Positions 24,460 to 38,193 are shown, numbered from the whole stretch's first letter. The stretch: DNA of 62,809 nucleotides, filler included, from Chiloscyllium plagiosum (GCF_004010195.1; 3 parts of one record of this genome joined end to end with filler, not necessarily neighbours in it); one strand, 5' to 3'. Notes: a model not told the origin generated them from the letters alone. A program made the numbers and translations.

Positions 24460-25455
24460 TGGGAGGTTGAACAGATGGATAGAGGTTACAAAGATAGGGA
24501 GGCTTACAAGGGTTCGAGGATGTTAGAGTTAAACAGAGTTACATCTGGTCAAGAATGTCAGTGGGACAAAGGGGTTTGGGGATTGGAGGAATTTACAGAG
24601 ATAGACGGAGCCGGATTATACTCCGGAGATAGAGATAGGGATGGATGTAGGGAGAGGTAGGCAGGCTGAGAGGCACAGACAGGAGGTATTTCAGCGGGAA
24701 ATGTATTGTATATACTAACAGAGATATGGAACACTGTAGTGACTGATGACGTTTACATATATAAGGCGGTTTCTAGGTTCTGGAGGCTACATAGGTTGGA
24801 AGGCAATGGAGAATGCCAGGTTACTGGGCTGGAGACAGTTACACAGATGGGGAAGGCTGCACAAACTGAAAGAGGCTCCTGTGATCAGGGGGGTTGGGGG
24901 GGAGATTTAAATAGATTAAGATCGAAGAATTGGTGAAGAAAAATGAGGTTACAGATGGATGTAGGGATTGGTAGAGCTGCCAGTCTTATGGGAACTGGAG
25001 AATCACAAAGATCGGGGTTAGTGCTGAGATTGGGAAATCGGCAGGGACTTCAAGTGATTACTCAACAAGGGAAGATTAAAGGGGCTCCATAGATTGGGGT
25101 GTTGTCAGGACTGGAAGAGGTTACACAGAAAAGGCGGGCTTTCGGGGCAGTAGATGTTTATGGAGGTAGTGGCGGGACTGGAGCAGTTAGCAGAGACATG
25201 GAAACTTTAGGATAGTACTAAGATACACAGGCTTTAGTTAATGCAAGAATGTGAAGCTTAATGGGACTGGAGGAGTGAAGAATGGTATAGACAGTACTGG
25301 TGGCTGCAGATGTTAACGGATTATGGAGAGACTTGAAGGTTAGAGAGAGGGTGGGTTTCAGATTCTGACAGATATTGTAGGAACCGGCGTAGTCTTGGCA
25401 AATGGGCACTTTGCAGTTATATAAGGTGCTGAAGGGGCTGGAAGTGGAAAAAGAT
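24460..25455 (+). repeat. G-rich ~37-bp minisatellite block
   Basis: Units such as aggactggaagaggttacacagaaaaggcgggctttc. Confidence 0.7.
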
Positions 25456-25456
25456 G

Positions 25457-26572
25457 TAGAACATAGAACAATACAGCGCAGAACAGGCCCTTCGGCCCTC
25501 GATGTTGCGCTGACCGGTGAACTATTCTAAGCCTATCCCCCCACACTATCCCAAAATCATCCATGTGCTTATCTAAGAATTATTTAAATCTTCATAATGT
25601 GGATGAGGTGACTACATTAGCAGGTAGGGCATTCCACATCCTTATCACTCTCTGCGTAAAGAACCTGCCTCTGACATCTGTCTTAAATCTATCACCCCTC
25701 AATTTGTAGTTATGGCCTCTCGTACAAGCTGACGTCATCCGCCTAGGAAAAAAGACTTTCACTGTCTAACCTATCTAATCCTCTGATCATCTTGTATGTC
25801 TCTATCAAATCCCCTCTTTGCCTTCTTATTTCCAATGAGAACAGACCCAAGTCTCTCAGCCTTTCCTCATAAGACCTTCCCTCCAGACCAGGCAACGACC
25901 TGGTAAGTCACCTCTGCACCTTTTCCAAAGCTTCCACATCCTTCCTGTAATGGGGTGACTAGAACTGTACACAATATTCCAAGTATGGCCGCACCAGCGT
26001 TTTGTATCGTTGCAGCATGATGTTGCGGCTCCAGAACTCCATCCCTCTACCAATGAAACCTAACACAAGGTTTGCCTTCTTAACAGCACTATCCACCTGG
26101 GTGGCAACTTTCAGGGATCTATGTACATGGACTCAAAGATCCCTCTGCACATCCACACTACCAAGAATCTTTCCTTTGACCCAGTATTCTGCCTTCCTGT
26201 TATTCTTCCCAAAGTGCATCATCTCACATTTAGCTGCATTGAACTCCATTTGCCACCTCTCAGCGCAATTCTGCAGTTTATCCAAGTCGCCCTGCAACCT
26301 GTAACAATCTACCACACTGTTCACTATTCCACCGACTTTAATGTCGTCCGCAAATTTACTAATCCATCCACCTATGCCTGCGTCTAAGTCATTTATAGAA
26401 ATGACAAACAGGAGTGGTCACAAAACAGATGCTTGTGGCACACCATTAGTAACTGGACTCCAGACTGAATATTTTCCATCAACCACCATTCGCTGCATTT
26501 TACCAGAAAGCCAGTTTCTAATCCAAATTGCTAAATCGCCCTGAATTCCATGCCTCTGCATTTTCTCCAACA
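25457..26572 (-). mobile_element. 5'-truncated CR1 LINE (well preserved) inserted in the minisatellite
   Basis: LQGDLDKLQNCAERWQMEFNAAKCEMMHFG; tail tagaacatagaaca at 25457. Confidence 0.9.
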
Positions 26573-26574
26573 TA

Positions 26575-27780
26575 TCGGGAGGGTTGTGGAGGCAGATGAT
26601 GGTGAGAGAAAGGAGGGCTGCAGAGACAGCTGGGGGTCATACAGATGAAGGTTTCTAAGAGCAGGGGAAAGTAGCAGAAATAGAGTAAGTGCAGTGCCTG
26701 AAGAGGGTTCAGAAATCAGGAGGTTTCAAGGTGCAGGACAATGTTACAAAGACTGGGACAGTTGTCGGGATTGGAGGAGCATACAAAGATAGGGAGGGCT
26801 TTCAACACTGGAGGATATAACATAACAGAGATGGGGAGAGTTTCACAACTAAAGGAAGTTAGAAAGATCAGGAGGATTTGAGATTATGGGAGCAGCTTTG
26901 ACAGTAGATTTTTTGCAGAGATAAGGGGAGTTGTGGAGGTTGGAACAGCTTACATAGATCAGGTGGGTTTTAAGAATATGGAGGACTTTTCAGAGAAATG
27001 GAGGGATGTAGGAATGGGACATGGTGCAGAGAAATGGAGGGATGTAGGAATGGGACATGGTGAGAGTCACAGTGAGAATTACGGCAGCTCATGAAGTTAA
27101 CGGATATAAATTGTGTAGTCATATGGGGAGGAAGTTAAAGGTATAAAGATGTGGAGTAACTGAAGGAGATGACATGCTCAGGGAGAATAGTAGGGACCAG
27201 CAGAGTTTACTGAGATTGAATCTGTTTTAGACAGAAAAAGTTTATCGTCATTATTAGGATTGTAGAGACTAAATTCCATAATAGGGGCGGTAGAACTGGA
27301 TGGTATCCACAGCCATGGAGGATGTTAACAGGTGGAGGGGGTTCCTAAGGTTAGGGGCTCCTTGGGAGCTTAAAAAAGGAGTGGGATTCTCAGGTAGGAA
27401 CCTGACATAGTTACAAAGACAGGGAGGTATTTCAGGACTGGAAGGGATTACACAGATCCGGACAACTCAATGGATTGAAGACTTTTTCACCGATAAGGTA
27501 GGTTTGTAGGAGCTGGAGAGGTTTACCCAGATAGGGACGGATGGAGAGGTTAAAGGGAAATACATTGACATGGAGGGTGGCATTGGTAGGAGGAGCTTAC
27601 AGGGATTGTCAGGACTGACAGAATACACAAGGCTGAAGGAATTTAGCATCTACTGGAGAAGTTTAGGAATTAGGGTGTTCGGGATTGGAGACCCTGACAG
27701 TGACAGAGAGTATTGTGTGCACTAAAGGAGATTCCAAACAGAGGAAGAGTTATCGGGACTGGAGGATATCACAGAGATCA
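26575..27780 (+). repeat. G-rich ~37-bp minisatellite block
   Basis: Includes a perfect 36-bp tandem duplication at 26991-27062. Confidence 0.75.
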
Positions 27781-28330
27781 CTAATACAGCATGAGCTAGG
27801 AATGATGCCTGGGATCCCCTGTGCTCTCTCAGTGAACACCAAGACAGCGGAGATGAAAGCAGGACCTTCACCAGATGGTAGGAATGAAGCCTAGAATGTT
27901 GCTGTTCCTTGTCCAGTAGTGTATCTATGCTCTGTCTTCCAGGTCTGAATACAGAAGGTCAATGCCTTCACCCGGTGCTGTTTACTGTGAGTGATCTAAC
28001 AGGCTGCAGGATTTACTGAAAGCTCCAGATCTCCCCCTCCATCTCTCTTTGGCTGATGTGGTTATGGACGAGACAAGGGTTAAGAATTGGGCTGAGTCAG
28101 GAACATCCTGATATCTGCATGAGACAGTGAAATAGGCAGAATGGGAAATTAGACTGATGCAGTGAGGATGACTCATGTACAGTAGCACTTACTCCAACAG
28201 AGACCTGGAAACTCGCAGCCTCCATCACTGGCCAGTGCTGCTGCCTCTCTCTGGAGCAGAGAATTCTGTTGATCTGGGATCCTGAGCCAGTCGTAAGAAC
28301 GAGAGGCGCTGACAGAGGCATCAATTAGCC
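27770..28330 (-). promoter_or_regulatory. Putative decayed promoter/first-exon-like unit, copy 2
   Basis: Aligns to 7640-8280; AP-1 sites at 28093-28099 and 28169-28175; TCACTC at 27989-27994. Confidence 0.3.
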
Positions 28331-28344
28331 TAGGAAGACTAAGC

Positions 28345-30000
28345 ATTGTCAGGGTTTAATGATATGATAGGTACAAGGAGAGGTGAAGGTGCTGTAGGTT
28401 CTGAGAGTGTTACAGAGAGTGCCCAGGGCCTGACCAGTGTTACAAAGCCTATACGGATTGCTACAGCCGGAGGGGTTTGCAGAGGTAGGGATGGACATAT
28501 GTATTTTTATTTATTCATTCATTTGATGAGGATGTCACTGATTGAGTCATCATTATTTGCCCCACTGCTAATTACCCAGAGAACATCTCAGAGTCAGCCA
28601 TATTGCCGTGGGTCTGGAGTCACATGTGAGGTAAACCAGGTAACAATGTCAGATATCCTTCCCTCAAGGACATACATGAACTCGTTGGATTTTTCCAGAT
28701 AATCAACAATGTTTTTATGATGGCCTCACTAATGTTCTGTACAGCAGCAACATGACATTCCAACTACTATTCTCAATGCTGTGACCAATGAAGGCAAGCA
28801 TCGCAAGCACCTGCTTCACCAGCCTGTCTGCCTGTGACATCACTTTCAAAGAACTGTGTACCTACATCCCTAGGTCTCTGATTGACAACACTATCCAGAG
28901 CCCGAACATTAACTGTACAAGTCCAGCCCTGGTCTGCTTTACCAGAGTGCAACACTGTGCATTTTTCTACTTGCTATTCCTAACCTCACTGGCCCACTCT
29001 CAGATAATTCTTTTTACGGTCCACTTTACCACCAATTTCAGTCTCACTCACAAACGTGCTAACCATGACTCCTGTATTATCATCCAAACCGTTTATACAA
29101 ATGATGCACAACAGGGACCTAGCACCGAACCCCATGGCACACCGTTGGTCAAAGGCCTATAGTTTGAGCAGTAACCTCTGTGAGCACGCTCTGCCTCTTA
29201 CTGGCAATCCTATTTTGTATCCAGTTGGTGAGTGCTCCCTGGTTATGTGTGATGTAAACTTACTAACCATTCTGCCATGCAGAACCTTGTCAAAGGCATT
29301 GCTGAATTTCATGTGGACATTGTCTACTGCTCTGCCTTGATCTATCGCTTTTCTACTTCCACAAACACTCAATCCAGTTTGTGAGACATGATTTTCCACG
29401 CACAAAGACACGTTGACTATCGGTAATCCATCCTTGCCTTTCCAAATGCATGATGATAGTTTATCTCAGAATCTCCTCGAACATCTTACCCACCACTGCC
29501 ATCAGTCTCACTGGCCTGTAGTGGCTGTCGATGACACAAATATCTCTGGGAGAGTCCCTGTAATTTCCTCCCGAGCTTCTCACAAGGCGCTGGGATACAA
29601 CTGATCGTGTCCAAAGGTTTTATGTAACTTTTTGCATTTTTAGGCATCCAGTACCTCCTGTTCTCCAATGTGAACTCTGTTCACGATATCACTATGTATT
29701 TTCCCAAGTTCCCGAGCTTCCATGTCTTTCTCCACAGTAAATTCTAACGCAAAATATTTGTTTTGGACCTCGCCCATCAGCAGTGATTCCACATAGACAG
29801 CCTCATTGATCTTTCACGGGCCCTATTCTCTCCCTCGCTAATCTTTAGTCCTTGATGGAACTTGTCAAAATGTTTCTGTAATTTCAAATATCTCTCCACC
29901 ACTACTAGCCTCCCCTACCCTTATCTATTCTGCCATTTATGGTCACACCAAAATATAGAATCCAAGGGATTTAAAAATATTCCCCTTTTATAAAACCACA
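28345..30000 (+). repeat. Segmental duplication copy D (DeuSINE fragment plus minus-strand CR1)
   Basis: 28345 cattgtcagggtttaat matches 10048; shares the DeuSINE/CR1 junction seen at 10405 and 18520. Confidence 0.8.
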
Positions 30001-30039
30001 CGTCGCCCATTGCACAAACCGGGAGTATGGAACGCAGTG

Positions 30040-31320
30040 GAGGAGATCACACTGATCGGGATAGTTTTAGTGACTAAACAATGTTAAGAAATAATGGCGG
30101 TTGCAATGCTGAGAATGTGTTTCAGCAAGTTGGAGATATAGACCTTAAGGAGGTTACACACATAGCGATGGCTTTAGGATCTGGTGGATGCCACACAGTA
30201 AATGGGTTGTAATGACTGGAGGCACTTACACAGATAAAGAGAGTACCAGTGGTAGGCAGAATTCCCAAAAACAGTGAGGATTGTAGGGTCTGCAGGACAC
30301 TACAGACTTGACAAGAGTTGTATCAACTTGATGATTGACACAGGCAGGAAGGTTTGAGAGGTTTGGAGCAGCTCACCGTGATCGGCAGGGGCATGGAGAC
30401 TGGAGATGCTATCGAACTGCGGAAGTTTAAAATTACTGCAGGAAGTCAGAGATTGTAAAGGAGTTACAAGGTCTGCAGGAGGTTCCAGAGATCGTGAGGA
30501 TTGCAAGGATTTGATGATGTTGTACATGGAAGTAGGGTTGTAAGTACTGAAGCTGGGAACAGAGATAGAGGGATCAGCAGGGGATTTCAGAGATATGGAA
30601 GCTAGTGGTCTCTGATGGAAGTTCCACATAGAAGTATGTTTTGTGGAACTGCAGGACCTTGCAGAGATTGGCAGATGTGAAGGGGCTGGAGCGGTTTGCA
30701 GAAGCCTGGAAAAATGTAGTGACTGGAGGACACAGAGATGGTGATGGCTGTAGGAGATGCAATAATTTGGATGGACTGGAGAAGCTGGAGGGGTTTACAC
30801 AGACCAGGAGAATTGTAGGAAAATGAGGATTTGCAGAGATAGGGAGATTGGAGCATTCTCAGTAATTATTTGGTTGGAGCACTGTCCAGACTGGGGGAGG
30901 GTTCACAGTAATGGAGGGATAGAGCAAAAGGAATGGCTGTAGAAAATAGAGAACATAAACTTCGATGCTGTGCCAATCAGGGACATCAGGAGGACAGTTG
31001 TCCTTATTAATATGTACAGATCCTCAAGGGAATGACAGGGTGGATGCTGAAAGGATGCTTCCTTCCCCTTATGGGAGAGAGACAATCAAGCAGACTCTGT
31101 TTGACAAAAATGGAGAAGGGAGTTATCTTTCCTTCAATGGCCCAAACCTTTGTTCCCTCAAAGCAATGCAATGCGATAACAAAGAGCAAGGTGGTTTGGG
31201 ATTGCAGGAGATACGAGACGAAGGCCAGGTTGGAAGGGCTGGAGAGAGTGAGAGAGAAGGGAGATGTTCAACAGCTGGAAGGGTTTACAGGGAGTGGACA
31301 CTGTCAGGACTGGAGAACAT
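30040..31320 (+). repeat. G-rich ~37-bp minisatellite block (short CR1 piece near 30950-31150)
   Basis: Units such as ggactggagaagctggaggggtttacacagacc and gaggatttgcagagatagggag. Confidence 0.65.
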
Positions 31321-32156
31321 GACACGCTCACTCATGAGAGGGAGATAACGATATGGCACAAGGTCAAACACAGCAGGAGAATCCCAAGCTCCGTACCTGT
31401 CATTTACTCAGGGAGCTGCTCTCACCCAGTCTGCTGCCAAGCCCCACATACAAACAGCATGAGGTGACTGAGCTGCTGGTGCTCAGGTCCCAGTGCACTC
31501 ACCCCTGAACCATTCAGTGAGGTATTTACATAGTGAAACATTCTCCAGAAACACGGTGTCCTAGCCGACATATACTGGTACATTCACACTCTCCCAAGCA
31601 AAGACCATCTCCACTCAGATTCCCTGGTGATACGATACTCTGAGTGACAGTCTGCAGACAACAACATAATCCACGAAACTGCATTGCATAGGTCAGGGTT
31701 AAAGGTAAAACAATTCATTCTCTCAAAACGGATACTCCCCAATTACTGCCTCTCATGAAACAGTCACTTTAAAAAAAAAACTTTTAAAAATTCCAAATGA
31801 TGCTTTAACGAGGTGAGGTCTTGTCCGTCATATAGACCTGGAAGTTACCAGTTGCAGGATAGTATTTTCTACCAGAGCAGCACCAGGTCACTGTCAGGCA
31901 CACAGACAGAATGGGCAAATAGATTGACATCTGAATCTCACATCTCCCAGCCTGGCAATCTGAATGTGCGCTCACCCATTCTAGTAAAGATCTCCAGAAT
32001 TAGGCCATCAAGATCAGCCGAATCGTCGATCAAAAAAATCTGTTGTTCAAATTGCAACATCCTTTAGGATACACAACCCGCTCTCGGTCCGATCCTGCAA
32101 TTTCTATGAATCCCGCTACATCTAATCTCCTGTAGAATCCACGTCCCTTCGTCCAT

Positions 32157-32420
32157 TTAGATTAAATTACTTACAGTGTGGAAACAGGCCCTTCGGCCCA
32201 ACAGGTTCACACCGACCCTCCGAAGAGCAACCCACCCAGACCCATTCCCCTACATTTACCCCTTCACCTAACACTACGGGCAATTTAGCATGACCAATTC
32301 ACCTAACCTGCACATTTTTTGGGGATTGTGGGAGGAAACCGGTAGACACGGGGAAAATGTGCAAACTCCACACAGTCAGTCGCCTGAGGCGGGAATTGAA
32401 CCCAGGTCTCTGGTGCCACC
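32157..32420 (-). mobile_element. HE1/V-SINE-type SINE (young, 5' end deleted)
   Basis: ttacttacagtgtggaaacaggcccttcggccc...gcgggaattgaaccc; close match to 12804-13082. Confidence 0.9.
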
Positions 32421-32754
32421 CATCCTCCAGGTACCGCAGCCCTTCTAACCTCTACAATGTAGCCCAGACTCTATAACTCTTCCTTCCTCTGCAATGTTCC
32501 CCAAAAGGGCACTGGAGAGTAGCGGGACTTACAGAGATCTGGAGCGATATCAGGACAGGAAGATTTTGCAGATATTAGGAAAATTGCAGTAGCAAAAAAG
32601 AGGCTTCAGTAATTTTGAGAGTTGATACGAATAAAGAAGGTTACAGCGCTAAGGAGGATTGGGGGGCTTGAAGAGGTTTCACAGTTTGAGTGTGGTAGGT
32701 ACTGGAGGGATTTACCAAACAGGGAGGGTTTAAGACTGGAGGATTCTGCAGAAA

Positions 32755-33460
32755 ACCTTTACAGGATTAAAAGCACGATTCTTGGCAGTATTCAGGAACA
32801 GAGGGATCATGGGTCCACGTCCATAGATCCCTTAAGTTGATAGGGCTGTTAAAAAAGCGTATGACGTATTGGCTTTCATTAGCAGGACATTGAGTGGAAA
32901 TGCTGCAGGTCTATAGAGCCCTGGTTGGACCACATTTCGAATATTGTCTTCAGTTCTGTTTGCCACAATATACAAAGGATGTGGGAGCTTTTGAAAGGCT
33001 GCAGAGGAGATATACCAGGATGTTGCCTGGACTGGCGGGCATGCTATATGAAGGGAAGGAAGGGGGAGCGAGGGCTTTTCTCATTGGAGCAAAGAATAAT
33101 GGTGATTTGATTGAGGTGCACAAGGTAATGAGAGGCATAGATAGAGTGGATAGCCATCTTCTTCTCATGGCAGAAATGGCTATCGCAAGGGGACAGAATT
33201 TGAAGGGAATTGGAGGAAGGTTTAGGGGAGATGTCAGAGGTATCTGCTTTACACAGAGAGTGGTGGGTGCGTGGAATATACTATCAGCGGTGCTACTTGA
33301 GTCAGATACATTTGGGGCATTTAACCAACTCTGGATAGGCACACAGATGATAGAAAATGGAAGAGAGTGTAGGTTAGTTTAATCTTAGAGTAGGATAAAA
33401 GGTCAGCAGAACATCGATGGCTGAAGGGCCTGTTCCGTGTTGTACTGTTCTGTGTTATAA
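32755..33460 (+). mobile_element. CR1 LINE 3' fragment
   Basis: ORF 32894..33382 EMLQVYRALVGPHFEYCLQF...FTQRVVGAWN. Confidence 0.85.
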
Positions 33461-33500
33461 ATAGAGATGGTTACAATGACAGGAAGAGGTTTTGGAAAGC

Positions 33501-33989
33501 NNNNNNNNNNNNNNNNNNNNNNNNNNNNNNNNNNNNNNNNNNNNNNNNNNNNNNNNNNNNNNNNNNNNNNNNNNNNNNNNNNNNNNNNNNNNNNNNNNNN
33601 NNNNNNNNNNNNNNNNNNNNNNNNNNNNNNNNNNNNNNNNNNNNNNNNNNNNNNNNNNNNNNNNNNNNNNNNNNNNNNNNNNNNNNNNNNNNNNNNNNNN
33701 NNNNNNNNNNNNNNNNNNNNNNNNNNNNNNNNNNNNNNNNNNNNNNNNNNNNNNNNNNNNNNNNNNNNNNNNNNNNNNNNNNNNNNNNNNNNNNNNNNNN
33801 NNNNNNNNNNNNNNNNNNNNNNNNNNNNNNNNNNNNNNNNNNNNNNNNNNNNNNNNNNNNNNNNNNNNNNNNNNNNNNNNNNNNNNNNNNNNNNNNNNNN
33901 NNNNNNNNNNNNNNNNNNNNNNNNNNNNNNNNNNNNNNNNNNNNNNNNNNNNNNNNNNNNNNNNNNNNNNNNNNNNNNNNNNNNNNNNN
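33501..33989. other. Assembly gap (489 N)
   Basis: Run of N. Confidence 1.
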
Positions 33990-34209
33990 AGAGATGGGTG
34001 GATAGATAGAGAGACTGGAGGAGCTTGTATTGACAGGGTGTGTGCTGGCGACGGTTGGATGTCACACAGATAGGGAATCTTATAGGAACTGGATTGGGAG
34101 AGTCACAGGCATTGGAGCGGGTTCTACAGATTGGAATGCTGCAGGGACCTGAGAGAATTGTAGGGTCTTCACAGATTGATTGTGTCAATCGGTCTGGTGA
34201 GGTAAGTAA

Positions 34210-35755
34210 GGTAGATATGTAAAGCTTAAATCCAATGTATATCATTTTCATTTTCCAGACCAAAACCTCAATATTACCCATCAGCCATAAATCCCTGAAT
34301 CTGCCCGCTTTTCCCTTCACCCTAACAGGGACATATTTGCCCTGGATTCTTGAGATCACACTTTTAAAACCCTCCCGTTTGCCAGTCATTCCATTTCCTT
34401 CAAACAGACTCACCCAATTGATGGGAGCATGATGTGGAGGAGCAGGTGTTGGGCTGGGATGGACAATGTTAAAAATCACACAATACTAACTTACAGTCCA
34501 ACACGTTTATTTGGAAGCACTAGGTTTCAGAGCACTGCTTCATCACGTGGTTGTGGAGCACAATAATAAGGCACAAAAGTGCTCTCTGACTGACACTTCA
34601 GTGACTTGCCCGACCTCGTTTTCTGAGGGGAGGTCCAGTGTTGCACCCGCCTGAGTAGAGTTAGGCCTTGTTAGAGTTGCATCTTGATTTAGGAAACGTT
34701 CTTTGACACATTTGACAAACTGTACTCCGTCCAAACCTTTTACTCTCTGAGTGACCCAGTCAATACTGGGAAAATTAAAGTCTCCAACCAATACTACTCT
34801 ATTATTCCGACTGTTATCGCCAATCTCTCTACACGTCTGCTCCTCTAGTTGCCGCTGGCTATTTGTGGGTCTATACTACAGTCCCAACATAGTTATCACC
34901 CCTGTTTTTTTTCTAAGTTCTAACCATGTGCCCTCATTTGATGACTCTTTAAGGATATCCTCTCTAAGCACTGCTGTTATGTCCTCCCATATCAAAAGGA
35001 CAACTCCCTCTCCTCACTGTCAGGTGAGTCACACCTGTAGCTTTTGTAACGTGGAACATTGAGCTGCCAGTCCTGCTCTTCTCTCAGCCATGTTTTTGTT
35101 ATGTCTATAATATCCCAGTCCCCAGAGCCAATCCCTGCTCTGAGAGCATCTGCCTTACCAGTCAGGCCTCATGCATTGAAATAAATGAACTTTAATCCAG
35201 AAGTCTTTTCCCTCCCTTGACTGTGTCCCTGGATAAACGGAATAGGAAACTTGCTCTTGATGACTGATGTTTTCCCCGAATTATCGATGGTCCCTCTCTT
35301 ATTCAGAATCCTCACCTCCTGCCAAACTAGTTTATACATACCAGGGTAACACTAGCAAATCTTCCCCCATGGATACTGGTCCCCCTCTGGTTCATGTCCA
35401 ACCCATCCCCTTGTACAGGTCACCGCGACCCCAGAAGAGATCTGAACTGAAAACGCTGCCCCCTCCACCAGCTTCTCAGCCACACTTCCACCGGTCTATC
35501 TTTCCATGTCTATCATCACTGGCATGTGGCACTGGGAGTAATCTGGAGATCACTACCCTTGAGGTCCTGCTTTTCAACTTCTTACCTAACACCTGATACT
35601 CATTTCACAGGACCCCATCCCTTTGTCTACCTCTGTCATGTGGACCGATGTGCACAATGACCTCTGGCTGTTCACCCTCCCCCTTCAGAATGTTCAGTAA
35701 CCGCTCAGAGCCATCCTTGACCCTGGTCCCTGGGAGGCAGCACATCATCCTGGTG
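34210..35755 (-). mobile_element. CR1 LINE 5' part (ORF1 esterase, APE endonuclease, linker), interrupted by a PLE terminal repeat at ~34425-34575
   Basis: Minus strand: CCLPGTRVKD..ILKGEGEQPEVIVHIG (SGNH esterase ORF1), DLFWGRGDLYKGDG, VGDFNFPSIDW, SRIQGKYVPVRVKGK. Confidence 0.85.
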
Positions 35756-35769
35756 TCAAATATCCTTGA

Positions 35770-36915
35770 CAGATACGATTAAGAAAAAGCCACAAGGAAT
35801 TTTAACAGTATAGGTGGAATAAGAGGGTAACTGAGGAACGTGTGGGTCCTGATAGAAAACAAAGGGCCAATCTGTGCATGGAGCCAGAGGAAGTAGGTGA
35901 GGTCTTCAATGAATACTTCCCATCTGCATTCACACAGGAGAAAGGCATTGTAGCCAGTGATTTCAGTCGGGATGGTGAGGTTCTGTAACATGTTAAGATC
36001 AATAAGGAGGAGGCATTAAATATTTTCACAGGTATAAAGGTGGAGAAATCCCCAGTGCCCAATGAAATGTATCCCAGGCTGCTATGGAATGTAAAAAAGG
36101 AGATTGCTGGGGCCCCGGCGGATTAATTTAATAGTTTGCTGGCCACAGGTGAAGTGCTGAATGACTGGAGGATCGCGAATGTGTTTCCTTTGTTCAAGAA
36201 GGGCAGCAGGGATAGGCCAGTTAATTACAGAGCAGGTAGTCTGACAGCAGGGGGAGGGAAATTATTGGATACCACTCTGAGGATGAATGCAAAGGATCAA
36301 CTCGGATAGTTTTAAAGGATTTGGTAAAGGAAGATACTGTCTGAGGATTTCAGTTTAGTTTTTCGAAATGGTGTCTAAAAATACTGAAGAAGGCAGTGCA
36401 GATGTTGTGGGTTACATGGAGTTCATTAAGGCCTTTTACAAGGTCCCACATGGAAGACTGGTCCAAAAGGGAAGAGCCTATGTGATCCAAGGCAAGTTGG
36501 TAATTTGGATACAAAATTGGTGGATAGTCTTCTTTGTGTTTGAAACTCATTCACCAGTGAGTGTGCCACAGGGATCTGTACAGGAACCGTCGTTGGTTAT
36601 TCTGTGGAATAATAACTCTGTTGTGAAAGCATAAGATATCATTAGTCGGTTTGCAGATGACATGAAAGGTGGGAATGTTGTTTACAGTGAGGATGATAGT
36701 CTCTATCTACAGTCTGATAACGTTAAGACGATAATCTGAGCAGAGTTTAATTCTGATTAATGTGAGGTAATACCCTGTGGGAGGTATGATAAGTGAAGGA
36801 CAGCCATAATGAATGGTTGGTCGCTGCGGAGTACTGAGGAACACAGGGACCTGAGTGGCCAATCCAAATATCCCTGAAGGTGTCTGCACAGATGGACCGG
36901 ATGGGGAAGGTACCT
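35770..36915 (+). mobile_element. CR1 LINE RT part (degenerate)
   Basis: gactggaggatcgcgaatgtgtttcctttgttcaagaaggg (DWRIANVFPLFKK), SVPQGSV, tttgcagatgacatgaaa (FADDMK). Confidence 0.85.
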
Positions 36916-37850
36916 GAACTGGGAGTGGGAGGGGGACCCATATCCTGGTGGGTAGAATTGTTAGAGCTGCTTGAGAGGATATAAACTAGTCTGGCAAGGT
37001 GTTGCACCTTAAACAGTCGTAAGGTAAGAAAGAAGATTGAGGCTGGTACACAAGTTAAACAGAGCAATTTTAACAGATAAGGTAGCCAAGAACATAGCAG
37101 GGAATGGGGGAAAACTGATTATTAAACTGCATTTATTTCAATGCAAGGGGCCTGACAGCTAAGGAAGATGAAATCAGGGCATGGATTGGAACATGAGACT
37201 GGGATATTACCGTTATTACAGAAACACAGCTGAGGGAGGGGCAGGACAGGCAGCTCATTGTTTCAAGGTAAACAGACTGCAGAAAGCATCGAAGAGTAGG
37301 CAAGAGAGGACGTGTGGTGGTGGGTTTTGATTGCATGAATTATCACAGGAGTACTTAGAGAGGATATTCCTGTGGAATTGCTCAGTGAAGCTATGTTAAT
37401 GGAACTGACAAATAAGAATTGGGTCATCACTATGATACGAGTGTCCTACTGACCCCGAATAATCCGTGGTAGACTGAGGAACAAAAATGTCGGGAGACGT
37501 CAAATATCAATCATAGTAATAGGGCTGTTAAGGTTGAGGTTTTTAAACTTTCCAAACCTAGACTGGGACTGCAAGTGTTCAGCATTTCCAAGTGAGGAAT
37601 TTGGTAATTGCGTTCCAGAAAACTCCCAATCAACATGTAAATGGCCTGAAAAGAGAAAGGGGCAAACCCTGACCTTCTTGGGAAACAAGTTAGGGAAAGG
37701 GACAGAGGTGTTAATGGGATAGCATTTTGCCAAAGTGACCACAGTTCTATTAGTATGAAAATAGCTATGGAAAAGGACAGGCCTGGTGCATAAGTTCAAG
37801 TTATGAAATGGGGCCAGAACAATCTTGATCGTATTAGCCAGGAACTTTGT
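36915..37850 (+). mobile_element. CR1 ORF1 end and endonuclease remnant; paralog of 3400-4390
   Basis: Colinear high similarity, including the same chimeric junction (ggggaagg(c/t)acctgaactgggag). Confidence 0.85.
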
Positions 37851-38121
37851 TGTGTCATATAAGATCAATCCCATTGTTGTGTCATATAAGATCAAAGTGA
37901 GAACCTCACTGCCATTTCCACTGGAAACATCAGAACACATAAGCTGGAAACTGGGAATGGAATAGACGAATGTCTTTAAACCGGACTGCACCATGGGCCA
38001 AATGGGCTTTTCCATTCTGCAAAACTTGAAGACGAGTAGAAAACAGGCTGCAGTGAAACTGATCAGAAATGAAAGGGAAACGCCATTTCATTGAGCATAA
38101 GTGCAAGAGCGTCTGTCTTCA

Positions 38122-38193
38122 TTAAGTGTAATGTCATAGTTAGGATTTGGAACTAGAACTGCCATGGCATTAGTTCTATTTTCGGACAGAGAA
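38122..38193 (+). pseudogene. Highly decayed tRNA-Glu pseudogene
   Basis: agttaggatttgg...gttctattttcggacagagaa aligns without gaps to the 3' part of vertebrate tRNA-Glu(CTC) as recalled; same position in the repeat unit as 50865-50936. Confidence 0.55.

Noticed and set aside
24250..24470. Possible ancient PLE RT-thumb remnant
   Set aside because: Only faint resemblance (NIPF..); not supportable without a profile search.
33403..34479. Long ORFs of 170-358 aa here and at 47230-47832
   Set aside because: Artifacts of translating through N gaps.
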